The notes below the pieces were generated by a model. The model made no database searches. It had not been told where the DNA came from and saw nothing but the letters and a program-made list of their open reading frames with translations. Source: Marsupella aquatica (Eukaryota > Plantae > Marchantiophyta). From it: DNA of 64,000 nucleotides. The stretch spans positions 21,671,867 to 21,735,866 of the forward strand of contig OZ316894.1 in NCBI GenBank assembly GCA_973895155.1, written 5' to 3'. How positions within the stretch are numbered: the first letter of the stretch is position 1; each line of letters starts with the position of its first letter. A program made the translations under genes and the position numbers. Below, piece by piece: positions 25,433 to 40,489 of this stretch.

Positions 25433-26379
25433 AGGGACATATTTGAGCGAGACCGGGGTAGAATGAGTCATCGTCTAGGCTAAGCAGCAGCTGTTGTAAT
25501 TAGCGGTCCTACATTGCAGGACCTACTTGGGGGCTTGGCAGGTTGTAGAATGAGCCAGGCTGCAGGTTATCTAATCGTTATTTCATGTACAATAGCAACA
25601 CAATCATTCTTCTATCAAAGCATAAGTAGGTTTCACCGAGACTAAGGCTGGATTCCAAGTGGGGAAAACTCCTCGTTTTTCTCCCATAGTCGATTTCTGA
25701 TTGGGTTCCACTCTGGTTGACTTCTGAGGTCTCTGAATATTAATCTCCCCTGAAGATTGGGGTTCTTGTTGTATAGGGTTTAGATGTGATGCTGTACAGA
25801 GACATTGTATGATCCCTCCTATATACTACTTTCTTTATTGGCTCCTTTCACCATGGTTTTTAGTGGTCTAATACAGGGAAACTGAATCCTATCTACCTGA
25901 TCCTGACCTTCATATCTTTTGTGTTCAACAAGTTGCGTTTTTGAATGATATCCGTATTAATGTTCTCTTCTCAATGGAACCCTTTCCTTCACAGGTCAGC
26001 AAGTGATCGTGGTATTAGGGGGTCCTGACTTACCACCTTGGCACTGTAGCATAAACTTGATCTCTATTTCTGTTGTGAATTGTGTCTGATATGACATATG
26101 TCTCTGATTTTGCCTCAGCTGCGTTAAGATATTCAATGAATAGCGGTTAGAGTTGCCAATCACAACTCGTTGTGAATGTACCTAGGATGTTACGAATGAT
26201 GGCAGTACCAAACTACTGGCTCTTAGGTTTGCTGAAGTATACCGAAGTTTTGTGGGCCTGGAACCCAGAAATAGTACTGACAATATATCTTCCTGAAGTG
26301 GATCCTGTGAGGTTCAGCTCGCTTCGATGGTAATTTCTATTTTGCGGCTCTTGCAATTATAACTCACAATACTAACCCA

Positions 26380-27080
26380 TCGATCTACTCTCTGTCTGCA
26401 TAATGGACGCCTCTCCCTGACATTGATGGTGTTACAAAAGTTTACAATTGCTACGCTCCTTCCTTTTCCTTCGTCTTTGCTTATTGTAGACTTTAATTAA
26501 AATTGCAAGATCTCACTCTCCAGATTTCACCAGTTCCAATCTATAGATCCGCTTAGAGACATTCATGCTGTAGTACTAACGCATCAATCTACACGAGGTA
26601 TTCTGTGTTGCAAGCAAACAGGAAATTTTGATAGCGAGGAGATTTTGATAGCGAGACAATAATGGTTTCAAATTTTGGTTGCTTTTTGGTGCCTTTTACA
26701 TTTTTGGTGTATTTTAAAGACGCCAGATGGCTAGCGAGCTCGCTAGCAAAAAGGGAGTCCCCAAAAGAGATGTTACCAACCAGGTAGTTGATAGCGAGGA
26801 AGTGGCATGTAGAAAAATAGGGGTCATGCAGGATTTTTGTGTTGCTGTGCGAGGAAAAAATTTATTGTTTGCTCGTACGTTACAATTACCCAATCTACAC
26901 TCTGTCGGCCTGATAGAGGCCTCTCCCTGACATTGATGGTGTTACAAAAATCTAAAATTGCTACACTACTTTTTCCCCATTCCCCTTTGCAAACTGTCGA
27001 CTTTAATTATTATTGCAAGATGTCACTTTCCAAATATCACAAACCTCTATCTATAGATCTTCTTAGGTACATTCATGATG
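26380..27080. repeat. Two ~190-bp direct repeats flanking a dispersed repeat that also occurs at ~56855-57470
   Basis: CCTCTCCCTGACATTGATGGTGTTACAAAA...GACTTTAATT...TTGCAAGAT occurs at ~26410 and ~26920. The middle part (CCAGATGGCTAGCGAG.T.GCTAGCAAAAAG...GATGTTA.CAACCAGG) matches 57247-57420. Confidence 0.7.
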
Positions 27081-27175
27081 CCCTTATCTTTAGTCATAAT
27101 TTCTTTCACAAAAGCATAATACTTTTACACTTTACTTGAAATGTGCTGGCTTATTTGAAGCTGGTACCCTACCTT

Positions 27176-30100
27176 AGTTTTACTTTGAACTTAGATAGTT
27201 ATGTTTCTAGATGTACCTACATAAATGTGATCAAACTTAGAGGTTACTTGGGCCAATTAAGGGGCTGTAGAGAAAATTGAATTAAATAGGTTGTCCCTTT
27301 TGTTGACTTACTTATGACACAAGATGTGGACCATTCGAGCATGAAATCCTAGCAGGTTATTTTCCACCCATAATTTGCTTAGTTTAGGGCAATGCTCATG
27401 GTGTTGCACATAAATGTCAAAGTGAAACCAAGGAGTGCCAGGAAATGTTTCCATTCTTGTAGTGATATGTAAGTGGATAAAATAGGAGAGTAGAACTAGA
27501 ATACTTATTAAGTGTGACTGGAATAAAACAATATAAGTAGAGCACATGCAAAGAAAATCACATATTGAGTGACCAATGTAAGTACAGTGAAGTTCCATGA
27601 CACAAAGGTGGTGAGTAACAATGAAAAGTACAGTCAAGTGCTATGACACAAAGATGCTACATGTGTGCACTTCTTAATTTAATGTGCCTTATTAATAATG
27701 ATACTCAATTCAATAAAAACCATAAACTTAGGAAAGAAAGCCATGAGAGGAACTTAAGACACTATGTGTGCGTTAGTTAAAATCATTTCTCTCTCTCATG
27801 AGAAGACTTAAAAGCTTTGTTCAAGTGGTAGAAATTGAAGTCATTCTTTAATCTGAAAGATAACGAAGATTAAAATTCAAGAGGGCTGCCAAAATGAGCT
27901 CAAAATTCTCTGAGATACCAAAAATTTATTAAACAAAAATATGATACAAAGGATTCCCCTTGATATGGCACATTGAAATAAAAATATATAATACAAAATT
28001 TTGATTAAGACAAAATCTGAAAGGTGCATTCACTATATAGGAGCTTCAAGATTTGATCGTGACATATTTTACACATTTCCTGTATGCTAGAAGTGCAAAA
28101 TTATGGACATGCAGAGCATATGATTAATAACTGCACAATCGCCACAGGTTGGAGTTTAGTGGTAGTGTTTAGTGCACTTCTCAGGTAAGCGCTTTACACC
28201 AGTGCTTCAACATATGCGCGGAACAACAGGATGGACTTGCACTAGGACAAGTGCATGAAGATACTGTAACCATGAGTTGCAGTTATCAATAAAAGTGCAT
28301 GGAACCTATGTTGCGGTTGTTTACAATTATTGCATGTTACGAGGTATCCACTTTTGGACTTATGTATTGTTGGCTAGTGACGTTGATTTACACCCCTTTT
28401 GACTTCTCCTCACATTTTTGTTTCCTAGTTTATGGTTGCGGGTGACTTACTTATCAATACCTACAGTCATGAGAAGAACATCACTTTCTGGAAGGGATTT
28501 CACAATCTTTTAGAAGCTACAAATTGCTGACGAGAAGGGCTTGAATAGTGGGGTCAACAGTTCCTAAGACCTTGTAAGGAGAGGGCTCAGTTACCGAGTC
28601 ACCCAAAATTAATTTATTCCTGCTTTAAGGTGGTTCAGAAAAAAAATCATCCCAACTCTTAAAAAGAATGATTCATTATAGCTTGTCCTCGCACTTTTAG
28701 TTACCTTAAAGAAAAATTGTTTGCTAGTTTGTCTGAAATTATTCAATAGTCCCAATTAAAGGCTTTTGATTGCCATTTTGGGAAGATTGCCCTCTTAGGA
28801 ATTGTATGTCTCAAATAAGGCTCGAAGGTGCTTGTTGGGGACATTGCTCTTGTGACAAGGCTTTATGTTGGCTGGAGACCAACTCAGATTTTTCTTTGTA
28901 ACCCCTTGGTATTGTTGAGATAAATATTGCATAGCACAACGTCACTTGGAATCAATGTACGAGTACAGTATAGTTTACAATGAACACCAACAGATATATG
29001 TCTGTGTGATTCACCCATATGGACTCTGAAATTAAATTTATGCCCTCTGATTGTTTTTAATTCTCTTTTTTGAGACACAGGTGTATATTTATTTTTCAAT
29101 CTTACCCATCCTTTGTTAGAATATGCTGTTTTATCCTGACATTGAATTTATATTAAATTAAATTTCATATACTATGGATACCGAAACATTAGGCTATCTC
29201 TTCCCAAGAGTGTGATGGAATACAAGCGGTGAGAAAAACAAACATTTCAAGATAATGTCAATCCCTCCCCTCTTGACTACAGCTCAGAGTTCGGTTCCTA
29301 AGTTTAATGCTTTGAGTGACTTATGTGTCGCTAACCTAAGTCATTATGAGAAAACATAAGAAACCCACTATTTTCCCCCCAAAAATACAATGCTGTAGAA
29401 GTTAAACACTGGCCTACCAGAAAAATGACACGTGGGGATAAAAGTGGGTCAAAATAGTAAAGGAATAAGCTGTGATGAGAAGATCGACACTATGTAAAGA
29501 AATCAGCATCAGTTAGGGCACAAGTATCAAGTCAAACTAATTCATTCTTGCTTTAAAGTGGTTACTAAAAAATTCATTCCAACCCTACAAATTAATGTTT
29601 AATTATTGTTCTCAACCTGTGAATCTTTCTGAGCCTAAAACACTACAAGACAAATTATTTTAGATTCTTTTGAATCCTCACATTTTTAGGTGTCGTAATT
29701 TATTTTTTCTCGTTTGTCTAGATACTATAGTCTTGATCGCTTAAAGTTGGAGCAACCCTATACTCATTTTTTTTCCTCATTTCTCTAGATAATATCGTCT
29801 TGATTACTCAAAGTTGGAGCAACCCTATACTCAATCTTATATCATAGCAGTACAAGGAGGTCCTTGCAACACACACTAGATAGGTATCCAGACCCTCTAT
29901 TATCCAGTTCAAACATGACTCTCCCCGTAAGCTAGAACAATTCGTAGCACTTCAACGAGATCCCTCCACCAGAGTAAATAGGTATCCAGAATTTCTGCTT
30001 CCCTCCTTTGCCCAGGTCAAGAATAATTCTCCAGTAAGCAAAAATTAGTGTGGGTTCCACGAGATCCCTCCAACTACAGTAGTAGAATCTACCCAGAATT

Positions 30101-30660
30101 TTGTATGAGGCTGGGACTAGCTTGGCTTAAATAGCAAATGTTCATGACAAAACCTGGATCCACCAGGTTTCACCATTATACTAGACTAGTTCGGGTTAAA
30201 TAGCCATTGTCCATGACAAAATCTGGATTTTCATCATTTTTAGTATAATGTGAAAAAGGGAGAGAAGTCTTGGACACTTGTTCTTTTATATGGCTATATG
30301 GCCAGACATGATTTTAACCATACATTTTAGAATCTAAGAAAGACCACCACAATTCCTGGACGCTTCCTTTATTGTGTGACATTTTACACTCTAAGAACGA
30401 ACACCACAATTCCTCAACGCTTCCTTTATTGTCACAAGAAATGTCTAGGAAGATTCCTATTAATAGGCCGTTTTGCATGCGCTAGCTAGGGTCATTAAAA
30501 ACTTGGCCCTTTCATTCACTCATGTCACCCTTATCATTGAGAGAGTGCTTCATGGCTGACCCATCTCTCTAGGCAGTCCTGCAGGCAACTAGCGAGGAAA
30601 ATAAGGGCAAGGGCCACAACATTTCCAGCCCTTCCCTTCAAGCCCTTCATATTTTTTAAC
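27176..30660 (+). repeat. Upstream block of the duplication, copy 1 (copy 2 = 46248-56570 with insertions)
   Basis: Collinear matches: 27176-27556 with 46248-46619, 27553-28747 with 51471-52721, and 28735-30660 with 55429-56570. Copy 1 has ~760 bp extra at ~28897-29655. Confidence 0.9.
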
Positions 30661-32213
30661 AAACAAAGATGTCGTGCGCATACACATCGCTACACAACAT
30701 ACATCTCTTGTCACATACATCCAAACATAGTCACACTGTCACATCACAAACACAAGAAAATGGAATACAAGTGGAATTCATGTCCACACATATCCTAAAC
30801 CCACATCAGCTAGCATGGTCAAAAGGACCCAAACCCACAATGACAAGAAAACCGTCCACTCTGTAAGCCACTGTTTACGTGACCGTGCCAAGGAGATCAG
30901 CCATGGTGTGTAGTGCACTGGAAGTTTCATCACCACTCCAACGTCTGTACTCATGAATCGCGGTGACCATTGGACTCCTTTGCTGAATGTCTACTTCCTG
31001 CTAGAGAAGAAAATGCGTTCTGTCCGGCCTCCTGAGAGTACTGAACCGTCCAAACAGTCTCTGATACTCCGTCTGTTCTGTTGCTATTCAATTGAAGCCG
31101 GATCACATATTCGCTTAGTCGGCGGACAGGTACATGCTGCTACTGCATAAATATACAATCATCAATGCAGAACGTACACGATTGCCAAGCCTGGAGGAAA
31201 AGGCTAGCTACTGGAGTAATCTTCCTTGCTGGTTGAATCATTGCCTCATGGATCGGAACTGAGTAGATTGGAAGCGAATGACGAGAATGGTGGAGATATT
31301 CACTGCTTTTCGTTCGGTGGTACGTGGATGAGTGGATTCAATCACGCGCACGTCTCGGCGCACGTCGTGGCCAGCGATTTGACCACGGTCCCACATTGCA
31401 GAAAACATTCTAGCTATCATAATCTCTCCTCTTTCGATCGAGCCTACTGCCGCAATGTGTGCAAACGAACAGCATCCTTCACTGATCCGACACTCGAATC
31501 TCAGTCATGTGCACGCGAGTTCTGGACCGAGCTAACAATGAGGGTCCCAAAATTGGGTGCTTGTGACTGCGCTGCGCATGTTGAAGCCTGCTGGTGAGTC
31601 CGTGAGTCGGTGAGTGAGCAAGTAAGTGCTGGATCGTAACACGTGAAGAAACATTTCTCCTGGATTTATAAATGCTTCTTCTGTTTATCACGGATGTGTG
31701 TTTTCTCTTACAATACTCGATTTTGCCATTGTCATGGGCTCTACTGGTAGATAGATGCTCGCAGTACATGAATAGATAGATAGCTCGAAGGAAGAAAGGA
31801 AGGGCGGCAGCGTCTGGAGCCTCGGAAGACAAGGTGAGGCTAGGAAAGTTTAGCAGAAATGCTACTCGTCATGCATATGGTCTCTATTTCTTTCAATGGG
31901 TATCAATCTGGGCTCAAAAACGTACAGGATATGGACCAGGACTTGATGATTTTCGGGGCGTAGGAAGGGACCAGGATGTTTGGTATGGAAGTTCTTCAGA
32001 AAACGTTTGCGGGGGTAGAAATTGCAGGCAAAGCATCCTCGGTGGACTTTTCAGATAATCATTGTGCAACTATGATCTTAATTGGACTCGAACTGTGCAA
32101 TGAAGTTGTGATCCGTAGAAGACAGCTTACCGAAGCACATTAGGCTGAGTGAGAGATTCTAGCCGCTGCTTCTATATATCCTGGAATAGTGAAGAAACGG
32201 AAGAAGGTGGATA

Positions 32214-35200
32214 ATGGCAATGGGCATGTTCGCTGTCGAGTGCCACTGGATTGTCCGAAGGCGCTTGCTGTTGGTAGCTTTGGCTGTGGTGATCGGCAAA
32301 CTACTTCTCCTGGTGGGTGTCGAGGCTCAAATCGCAACGCCGCCGAATATCCGGGCTCCGGCGATACCACCAGGGCTGAATATACCACCACTGCCTCAGC
32401 AGGCTTCACAGTACCTGAACGACAAGATCGGGCAATACCTAGCAGCTTTTGAGAGTACCAACTCCGATTGCTTGGCGTGAGTGCTTCCTTCTGATTCAAA
32501 ATTTTCACTTCTCGAATTATGGCTGTTTTCAACGAAATATAGAACGGAATCAGAATTTGGGCAATTTTGCGTCAATTTTTCTCCAAATTTCGGCCAACCT
32601 CGTTTTAGACTACATACTTGTAACGAATATATAACTTCATTTTGCTCAAGGATTTGCTGGTGCGTGCGTTTCATGGGGACCAGATCTTGCATGCCAGCCA
32701 GATAGATCCTTAGTCCATTCATGTTCATATAATTCATTTGTGCTGCATAGTTGCTTGCACACATACATCAGATATCGCCTGGATAATCGGTGATGCCAGT
32801 AGTGCCGAGTCCTTGAATCTACCTATGTCTGCTACATGCACAGATCCTCGCTTACAATTTGCACATGTCCAATGGGGACGCCAATCCAGCCTGTGAGTCA
32901 CCCATGTTAGTTGGAAAATTGTTCTCTGGTGAAGGTTGAGCATGCGATATGGAATGTGAAGATTCAAGGCACTTCATGATCACAATTTTTACTAGATTGT
33001 TCATTATGTGGCGAATTTGGGCTGCAAGGTCCGCTGCAAGGCCATTTCCCATTCCCTAGGAAAAATGATGACTATTTTAAGTAATCGTCACGGATCCTTG
33101 CCCTCAAGCATCATAGAATGTGGGCCATCTCTTGAATCTTGTAACTCCAGTGCAGTGCTCGACCTTCACCGAGATGTTATCAACGCTCTTTGCTCGAGAC
33201 TTCCTGGTCTCCCAACGTGGCTTCATCTGATTTTCATGCGGAAAATAATATGAACTGTTGCGTTGTGTTGCAGCCGCTCTGATGAACAGACCACCTTTGA
33301 CAGAGACTCCTTGGTAACCGTTTCAACTATCTGCATGCAGAATGGTGAGCTCCGTTTCAATTCTCCTTACCTCAAGAACTTTCTAGAATTACTGCACTCT
33401 GTTACACGCTCAGGAAACTATTTATTGAGTTTGATGTTTCATCGGCGCGTAAGCTTTCGCATACTGCTTTGAAGTCGCTGTAGAGAATGAGCTGGCAAAC
33501 GAAGAATGCGCCTCATATGAGAGCTTATTGTACATAATTTTAAGCTCAATTTTTTGTTGTTGAGTGCAGAGACGGACTTCGTGCTTAGATTATGTGAACA
33601 AAAAGAAATCGAGCTGTATGTTGACGATATAGGGAAGGTGCAAGCGTTTGGAGTTCCTTCTAATATCAACTGCAATCTTTCCAACTGGCCAATAGCATGC
33701 AATCCAGGGTGGGCAGCAGCAACTGCTTTTAACTACACCATTCCAACAAACGCCATCCCTATCCGCGTTTCAAACGCACAAATGTGTTGTCCGGGGTTCT
33801 TTTGCCCTCGAGGTCTTACCTGCATGATTCGTAAGCTCTCAAGCCTGGTTCAAGGCAATTTGTCCTGTGCTGTAAACTTTCTTGGTGTTAAGGCGGCACA
33901 CAACCAGGGACTTTGATCACCCAGGATTTTGGAGTGGAGTTCCTGAACGATCTGCAATCATCAACTCTGTTTTATTTTAGTGTTTCAATGGTGTTTGCTT
34001 TGAAATGAGTCAACAGAATTGAAGCTTTCTGAGTGCTCCAAAACTCATCTCGTTCCCTTTCACTTGATGCCAGTTTTTATCCCAGAATGTCTCTGGCTGC
34101 TGTCATATTTTCGGTAATTCTTAGGGTAGGGTGAGGCCTTCACTAGTGGTAATACACATCTCAGTTAATGGAACTCACCTCTGATATTTTCATTTTTGTC
34201 CTCCGACCATGTAAAGCTTGTCCAATGGGAGCATTCTGTCCACTTGCGTCGTACAACACCTTCACGCGCAGTTGTGCACCGTAGGTTCCCAATTGTTCAA
34301 ACCTTCTACTCACTTTCTGTCGATTCCTCTTTAGGGTTTGAAGAGAAGGGCTACAGTTTTTGGTATTACCATGACTTCAACTTGACCCTTGACTCTTGCG
34401 CCTTAGTTTGAATCCTTGCTGTTATGCTTGATAACAGATATTATTACCCAGCACTACCAGGCGGTAATCAGTGCGGGGGAGCAGATCTTTGGCTCAGTGA
34501 AACGGACACTAAAGGGATATTTTGTGGCGGGTTTGACAACAGCGGCACATATTGCCCAGATGCTACAACAAAATTGGACTGTCAAAAGGGGTAATATGCC
34601 GTAGCATAGTGAACTTGTCAAACTTTTGTATTTACGTTCAAATATTTGTAGCTTAATGATGGCTTCCTCGAGTTCAAACCGAGGATGAAAAAATGAATTG
34701 GAAAATCGGCCAGAACTGTGATGAGTCAGCTAACAATTTGGTTATGTGCAGACACTTCTGCCGAGTAGGTTCCACAGTTCAAACTAGTAAGTTCCTTACT
34801 TGCAAAAGAGAGGATTGTACGGGGGAAAGTGCTTAGACATTCCAGCTGCAGTTGAGCAGTTCAGAGGCGCAAATGACTGATATCCGAAAAAGCATTGGAT
34901 TGACTAATATTCATGAATATAAAGCGGTTAGTCGAAATTTCATCGGCAAAGTGTGTGTTTACAGCACTGAGGGTACTTTGAGTTTCACGAAAGCGTATAG
35001 TATTGGTATTTTGTAGTGGATTTACTTCGCCCAGGGGAATTGCCATATCCAACCAATTTGTTTTTGGCACTGTCCAGAATGCTCACTCTTCGCGCGCTGC
35101 AACAAGTATGGAATTAAGTCCCAGAACCTCAAAATCCAAGGAATGCTGCTAGTTGTAAGTGTCCCAGAATTCCCTGTTCAGAGAGCAGCTCAAATTGAGG

Positions 35201-38200
35201 AATGGATATAGGTGTGTTCTTTACTTCAGAGCGTGCTTGACTTCAGGATTTCATCACTGCCTGAAGTGATTGGACGTATAATGATTTCTAGTGAATATCA
35301 TTAAAATAGCTCATGTCTAGTTGTTCTTTTGACTGTTGATGTTAGTTTCTGTTGTCAATGAAGATAGACAGGTGTTTCAAAACAAAGAAAGCTAATTTCC
35401 AAAGTGCTGTTCAGGTGGTACTATCCGTAAGCCTTCTGGTGATTTACACCTGCTCTGATCAATGCCTGCATATTCGGGAGAGAAGGAAGGACAAGGCCCT
35501 AGAGACTGCGGCGCGACAGGCGAAACAGCGTGCCTCTGCTGCAGAACGATGGAGAAGAGCCATAGAAAGAGGAACCAAAAAGAAGGCCAAAGAATGTGGA
35601 GCCAAGACGAAGCCTGTGATGCTCACCAATACACAATCAAGTAAATCCCACTCCGAAGTTTGCACCTCAGGAACCCACAGTTCGTCTTCTGAAAGTCTCC
35701 ACATTGAGCAGCAGCCACTTAAAGCAGAGCCAAATTCAACCGATCCGAGGGTTCTGCTGGGATGGGCTGACAATGACCTGGAGAAGAGAGAGTACGTGGT
35801 TAATCTCCATATTAATCCCACTTCACTATCTGCTCCTGGAATGGGTAATCTCCGTAATCGTACTTCACCATCTGGTGCTGGAAGCAGCCAAAGTTCTTGG
35901 TCTAGGGATCTGTATCCAGACGAAGGACCGCGTAGCATTGATCTCTACGACGCTGTGCAACTCTCCCCTGTGATTTCAGAAGTTAGTGCCAAAGAGGAAG
36001 GCCTGCCTTCTGTGAAGGAGATTAAGGATGTTCGTTGGAAAGCACTGGCGCATACAACGAGCCAGATTTATAAGTATGCATATGGAGAGATTGAAAAGGA
36101 AAAGGTCAAGAATCAATCCAAGCCAGGGTCTGTGAAGAAGGTGGTGGAATCAGATGGGTTCCGTGTCATGCTGGCAGGGCCGAGAAGGCTCGAGATAGAG
36201 CTCAAGTTTATCGACCTGTGTCTCGTTTTAAAGGGCAGTGGGAGAAAACTTCTCAGCTTTGTTACAGGAGAGCTCCGTCCAAGGCGGGTGACTGCAGTAA
36301 TGGGTCCTTCAGGTCCGTCCACAAGCCTCTTTGAGCCCCTTTTTCTAATGTGCTCAACACACTAATGTTGGTCGGACGTTATTTTCTCGTCTTTGGATAT
36401 TCTGTGTTCCCACGATAGGAATTCTGATAACTTAACTGAACATGTTACTTCGTTTCAGGTGCCGGAAAGACCACATTTCTCAATGCGCTTGCTGGGAAAG
36501 AGACTGGAAGTGTGATCACAGGGCAAGTTTTCATCAATGGAGTCCCAGGGTCCATCCAAGCGTATAAACGCATAATTGGTTTTGTTCCACAAGATGATAT
36601 TGTTCATGGTAGTCTCACTGTGGAGGAAAATTTGTCCTTCAGTGCCAAGTACAGGTACTGTCTCATCGCTCTCCGGGCTTCTCTTTCCCTTCCCTCGGCT
36701 CCTATAACCTCTCGGGTAGGATTCATGTGGCCCTCTGTCAACGCCCTTTGCCAGAACGTCTGATGAGTGCAAAGGGGTCCCATCAAGCGACACCCCGGGA
36801 TTTTCTGAGAGCCAGGGAGGTTCTTGGTTGGAATACTCTGTCCACCTGGTCGTCGGTAACATTCACCAGTATCCATTCACATCTTATTTTCCAATGAAAA
36901 CCAAATTTGGAGCTGCATTATCATATTCCATATATGATACCATATTCCAGTTGTCCATTTCATTCTTCGATACTATATCTATCCATACGTCTTAATCAGA
37001 AATTTACCTGCAAGCGGGAATCTCTCCTTCCCACTAAATATCAATGCCCATTTATTTAATATCAAGAAGGACTTACTTTTCGTTCAAATGAGGATTCAGG
37101 ATGATTGTAAGACAGCGCCTTTTTTACTGTTCGCATCTGCTGAAGGTTGTAACGTTCGAATTGATGTATTGCTTGAGTTCATGCTCCTCACCTGCCCGAC
37201 ACCATTCGATGCACTGTAACCTACATACTCGGTAGAACATGAGGGAAGAATCTCTGAGATGCTGAAGATGTCATGTTAGTGTTAGCCTTGTGTCTCAGCT
37301 GAATGGTTTGCTCATTTTCATTTCTATCCAGGCTTCCAGTGGAAATGCCAAGACAAGACAGAGTGCTAGTGGTGGAGCGCATTATCAACAGGTTGAACTT
37401 GACGTCCATTCGGAATTCATTGGTAGGCACTGTGGAGAACAGAGGAATATCTGGTGGCCAGAGAAAACGAGTGAATGTGGGTCTGGAGCTGGTGATCGAA
37501 CCATCTCTTTTGCTATTGGATGAGCCCACCTCCGGCCTAGACAGTACATCATCCCGCTTGGTTGTGCAGGCCTTGGCACGAGAAGCGGCTCTGGGTGTGA
37601 ATGTATGCTTGGTTGTACATCAGCCGAGGTAGGAAACGGGTTGTTCACCACTGTGCCCACGATTTTGTGAAGAGGATTCTACGTATAATATATGGGCATG
37701 AACAGAATAGTAGGATCCCTCTGGCCCGATACAGCGCAAACGTCTGAAAATTCTGTTACGTGAGGAGCACGAGTTCGATGGCAGATTGTACAGACTACTA
37801 ACAAGCGATTGTCTTGGGCTGTATTTCGTATCTTTTTAAATAACCTATGAGTAGATAGTCCAAAGAGAATGCTCAGTGCCAAAAAATGTGAGGTAAGTTG
37901 ATTGTACAAGAGTGGTTCTTTTTGGAGTTTGATTATTTGAGGTACAGGATTTTGTCAAACGGACTTCTAACAACGTCGGACAGTTGAAAATTTCAGCAAT
38001 GGACTCTTCAGAATGTTTGATGATGTCATATTATTGGCCAAAGACGGCTACACCGTATACATAGGCCCGACTGCGGAAATGGAAGCATACTTCTCAAGCT
38101 TGGACTTAGAGGTGCCAGATCGTACCAACCCTCCAGACTATTACATGGATGTCCTGGAGGGCGAAGCCATGCCAGATAATGATCCGTCTTTTGACGTGAA

Positions 38201-40489
38201 ATCATTACCAATCCTCTGGATGTGCCACCACGGCTACCCTATACCTGTAGAGATGCAGGAGACAGCAGATGGGCAAAGGGCGGAAAGGGGTGACCCGTTG
38301 AGGATCACCTTTGATACTCCTAAAACATTTGTTCAAGAAATTTGGCATGAGCTAAGGGCTTATGTTCTAGTGAGGTCGGACATCCTTAAGACTACTTTCA
38401 AGAACGTGAAGAGCTTATCAGGTCGTCAAACTCCAGGATTCTCATCCCAATATTTCCTGATTCTCCGAAGGTATGAACGAGACTAGGTATTCGACTAGCT
38501 TTCACGTTTGCCTGTCAGCAAGTGGGCACCTTTGCATGCTTTGACGTACAGTCTTTCTCTAGCACTTTATGGCTGAGCTTAAATTGTCCACTGGGCATGG
38601 AACAAATACCTCTGCTTGAAACGCAGAAACATGTTTCACCCACTATTGAGCTTGGACCCAAATGTTTCAGTTTTGGTTATCTTGGAAAGAACAAAAGAGT
38701 TCATGTTTCCCGGTATTAAATCTCGATTTGGATCCATGAAACAGAGCGACAAAGCAAAGATTCCGTGAGTCTAGGCTGGTGGTTCAGGACTACCTCATAT
38801 TGCTAATTGCCGGTATCTGTTTGGGGTTACTTTCAAATTGGAAGGACGTCGAGGTGGTGGAAACAGCCTATGTGTATACCATTATTTGTCTCTGTAAGAT
38901 CTCGTTCTCCCTTGAGACACCCCTATCCACGGCTAGCTTTATGAAACATTCCAGAATCTCCCTGATTGCTGTATCACTTCAGGTTTCGACTTGGATTGTT
39001 TCTATTATTTTTGTCAAATATTGTGATGGCCTTATCAAACATTTGAGATATTTGGCCTGACTTTGGAGTCCATTTTGCGCAGCCCTTCTGGTAATGATAG
39101 CTTCACTGCGGACCTTCACTGTCGACAAGTTGCAATTCTGGAGAGAAAGCTCTTCTGGTGTCCACAGATTGGCTTACTTCCTAGCAAAAGATAGTGTGGA
39201 CCACTTCAACACTATTTGCAAGCCTGTTGTCTTCCTTTCCACATTCTATTTCTACAACGCTCCACGTGCTTCCTTCCGCTCAACTTATATTGTTATTCTG
39301 GCCCTTACATATTGCTGCACAGGAATTGCATATGTAGTGGCAATCTTACTGAAGCCACAGCCAGGTCAACTGGTATGCACTGCGCACCATTTGCTGTTGA
39401 AATCTGATTGTTATGACGAGTAGGATGTATCAAGAGGATATGACAGAACAATTCCATAGTTTCTTGGAGTTATAGGTTTCCTTTGGCTAATTTGCAATCA
39501 CGCTTGGAGGTCCCCTTTGTCTACCTTTGCATACTTTGAGCTCAGTGTCTGGTTTAACACATTTTGTTATCGTCTATGGAAGTCCATCAAGTATAGATGT
39601 CCTCTTTGAAACCATGAGAAGTCGCAGGATTGTTTTTTGGATAACTTCGTATCTTGTGTTTTCTGTTTTCAGATATGTGTTTTTGTGCCGGTTGTTGCCA
39701 CTTTACTAGTCAGCGAGTCACAGACAGGTCTTTTGCAAAAGATACAAAATGTCAGCTACGCATTTTGGGCACACCAAGCTTATATTGTTTCCAATGCAGA
39801 GAAGTACAGCTCCCTTTTTTTGGCTTATTGCATAATTTGATATCTACTCCCATCCTTTTGTCGCTCTTTCTGAACGATGTGCTAGAGCTCGATTTTACGA
39901 TTAAGGGTGAATGCTATGGGATTTAGGCGGTTTACTATCCTATCAAAGCCTGGTTAGAGAACTGTGTCGAAAGTAAATTCCAATGTAGGCTTTTATTCAG
40001 TCAATATAAGTGAGGGATGCTGGGAACCATGGATGTGGGGGGGGGGGGGGGGGCGCATTATGAGTGAAGGCGAGAGAATTATACTCTCCAAACCAAATGC
40101 AAAAAAAGTAACGACATGTTAGTGCAGAGTAGTAGTTTCTATCATACTGCTAGTCTATTTAATTATTCCCAACTTCTTCTTCGTCTTCTTTTTTTGGGGG
40201 GGAAGGGGGTTTGTGGCCTAGGGCCGAGTCATATTGTTCTCGTCTCTTGAGGATCTCTCAAGGACATTTGTGCCCTTCAAACAACAGCACTAACTCCCAT
40301 CGTGGCGTGTTCATACCTTGCAGATACACAGGAGTGTGGTTGGTAGAACGCTGTCTCGTCCTAAGAAAATATGGTTACTCAATCCATAACTTTAATATCT
40401 GCATAGCTATTCTCATTTGTTATGGACTAGGAGCCAGACTTTTGGCCTTTTTATGCTTAATTTTCTATAACAGGGAGAGGCAAAAATGA
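32214..40489 (+). CDS. ABCG half-transporter of the ABCG24/ABCG28/WBC30 type with N-terminal Cys-rich ectodomain, copy 1
   Basis: Exons ~32214-32476, 33274-33344, 33570-33830, 34217-34280, 34438-34590, 34752-34786, 35078-35154, 35415-36312, 36459-36654, 37332-37628, 37997-38470, 38745-38893, 39083-39372, 39673-39803, 40324-40489. Splice phases are consistent for exons 1-8. Motifs: [24 protein letters not shown], Walker A GPSG|[40 protein letters not shown] and a C-terminal TMD. Confidence 0.95.
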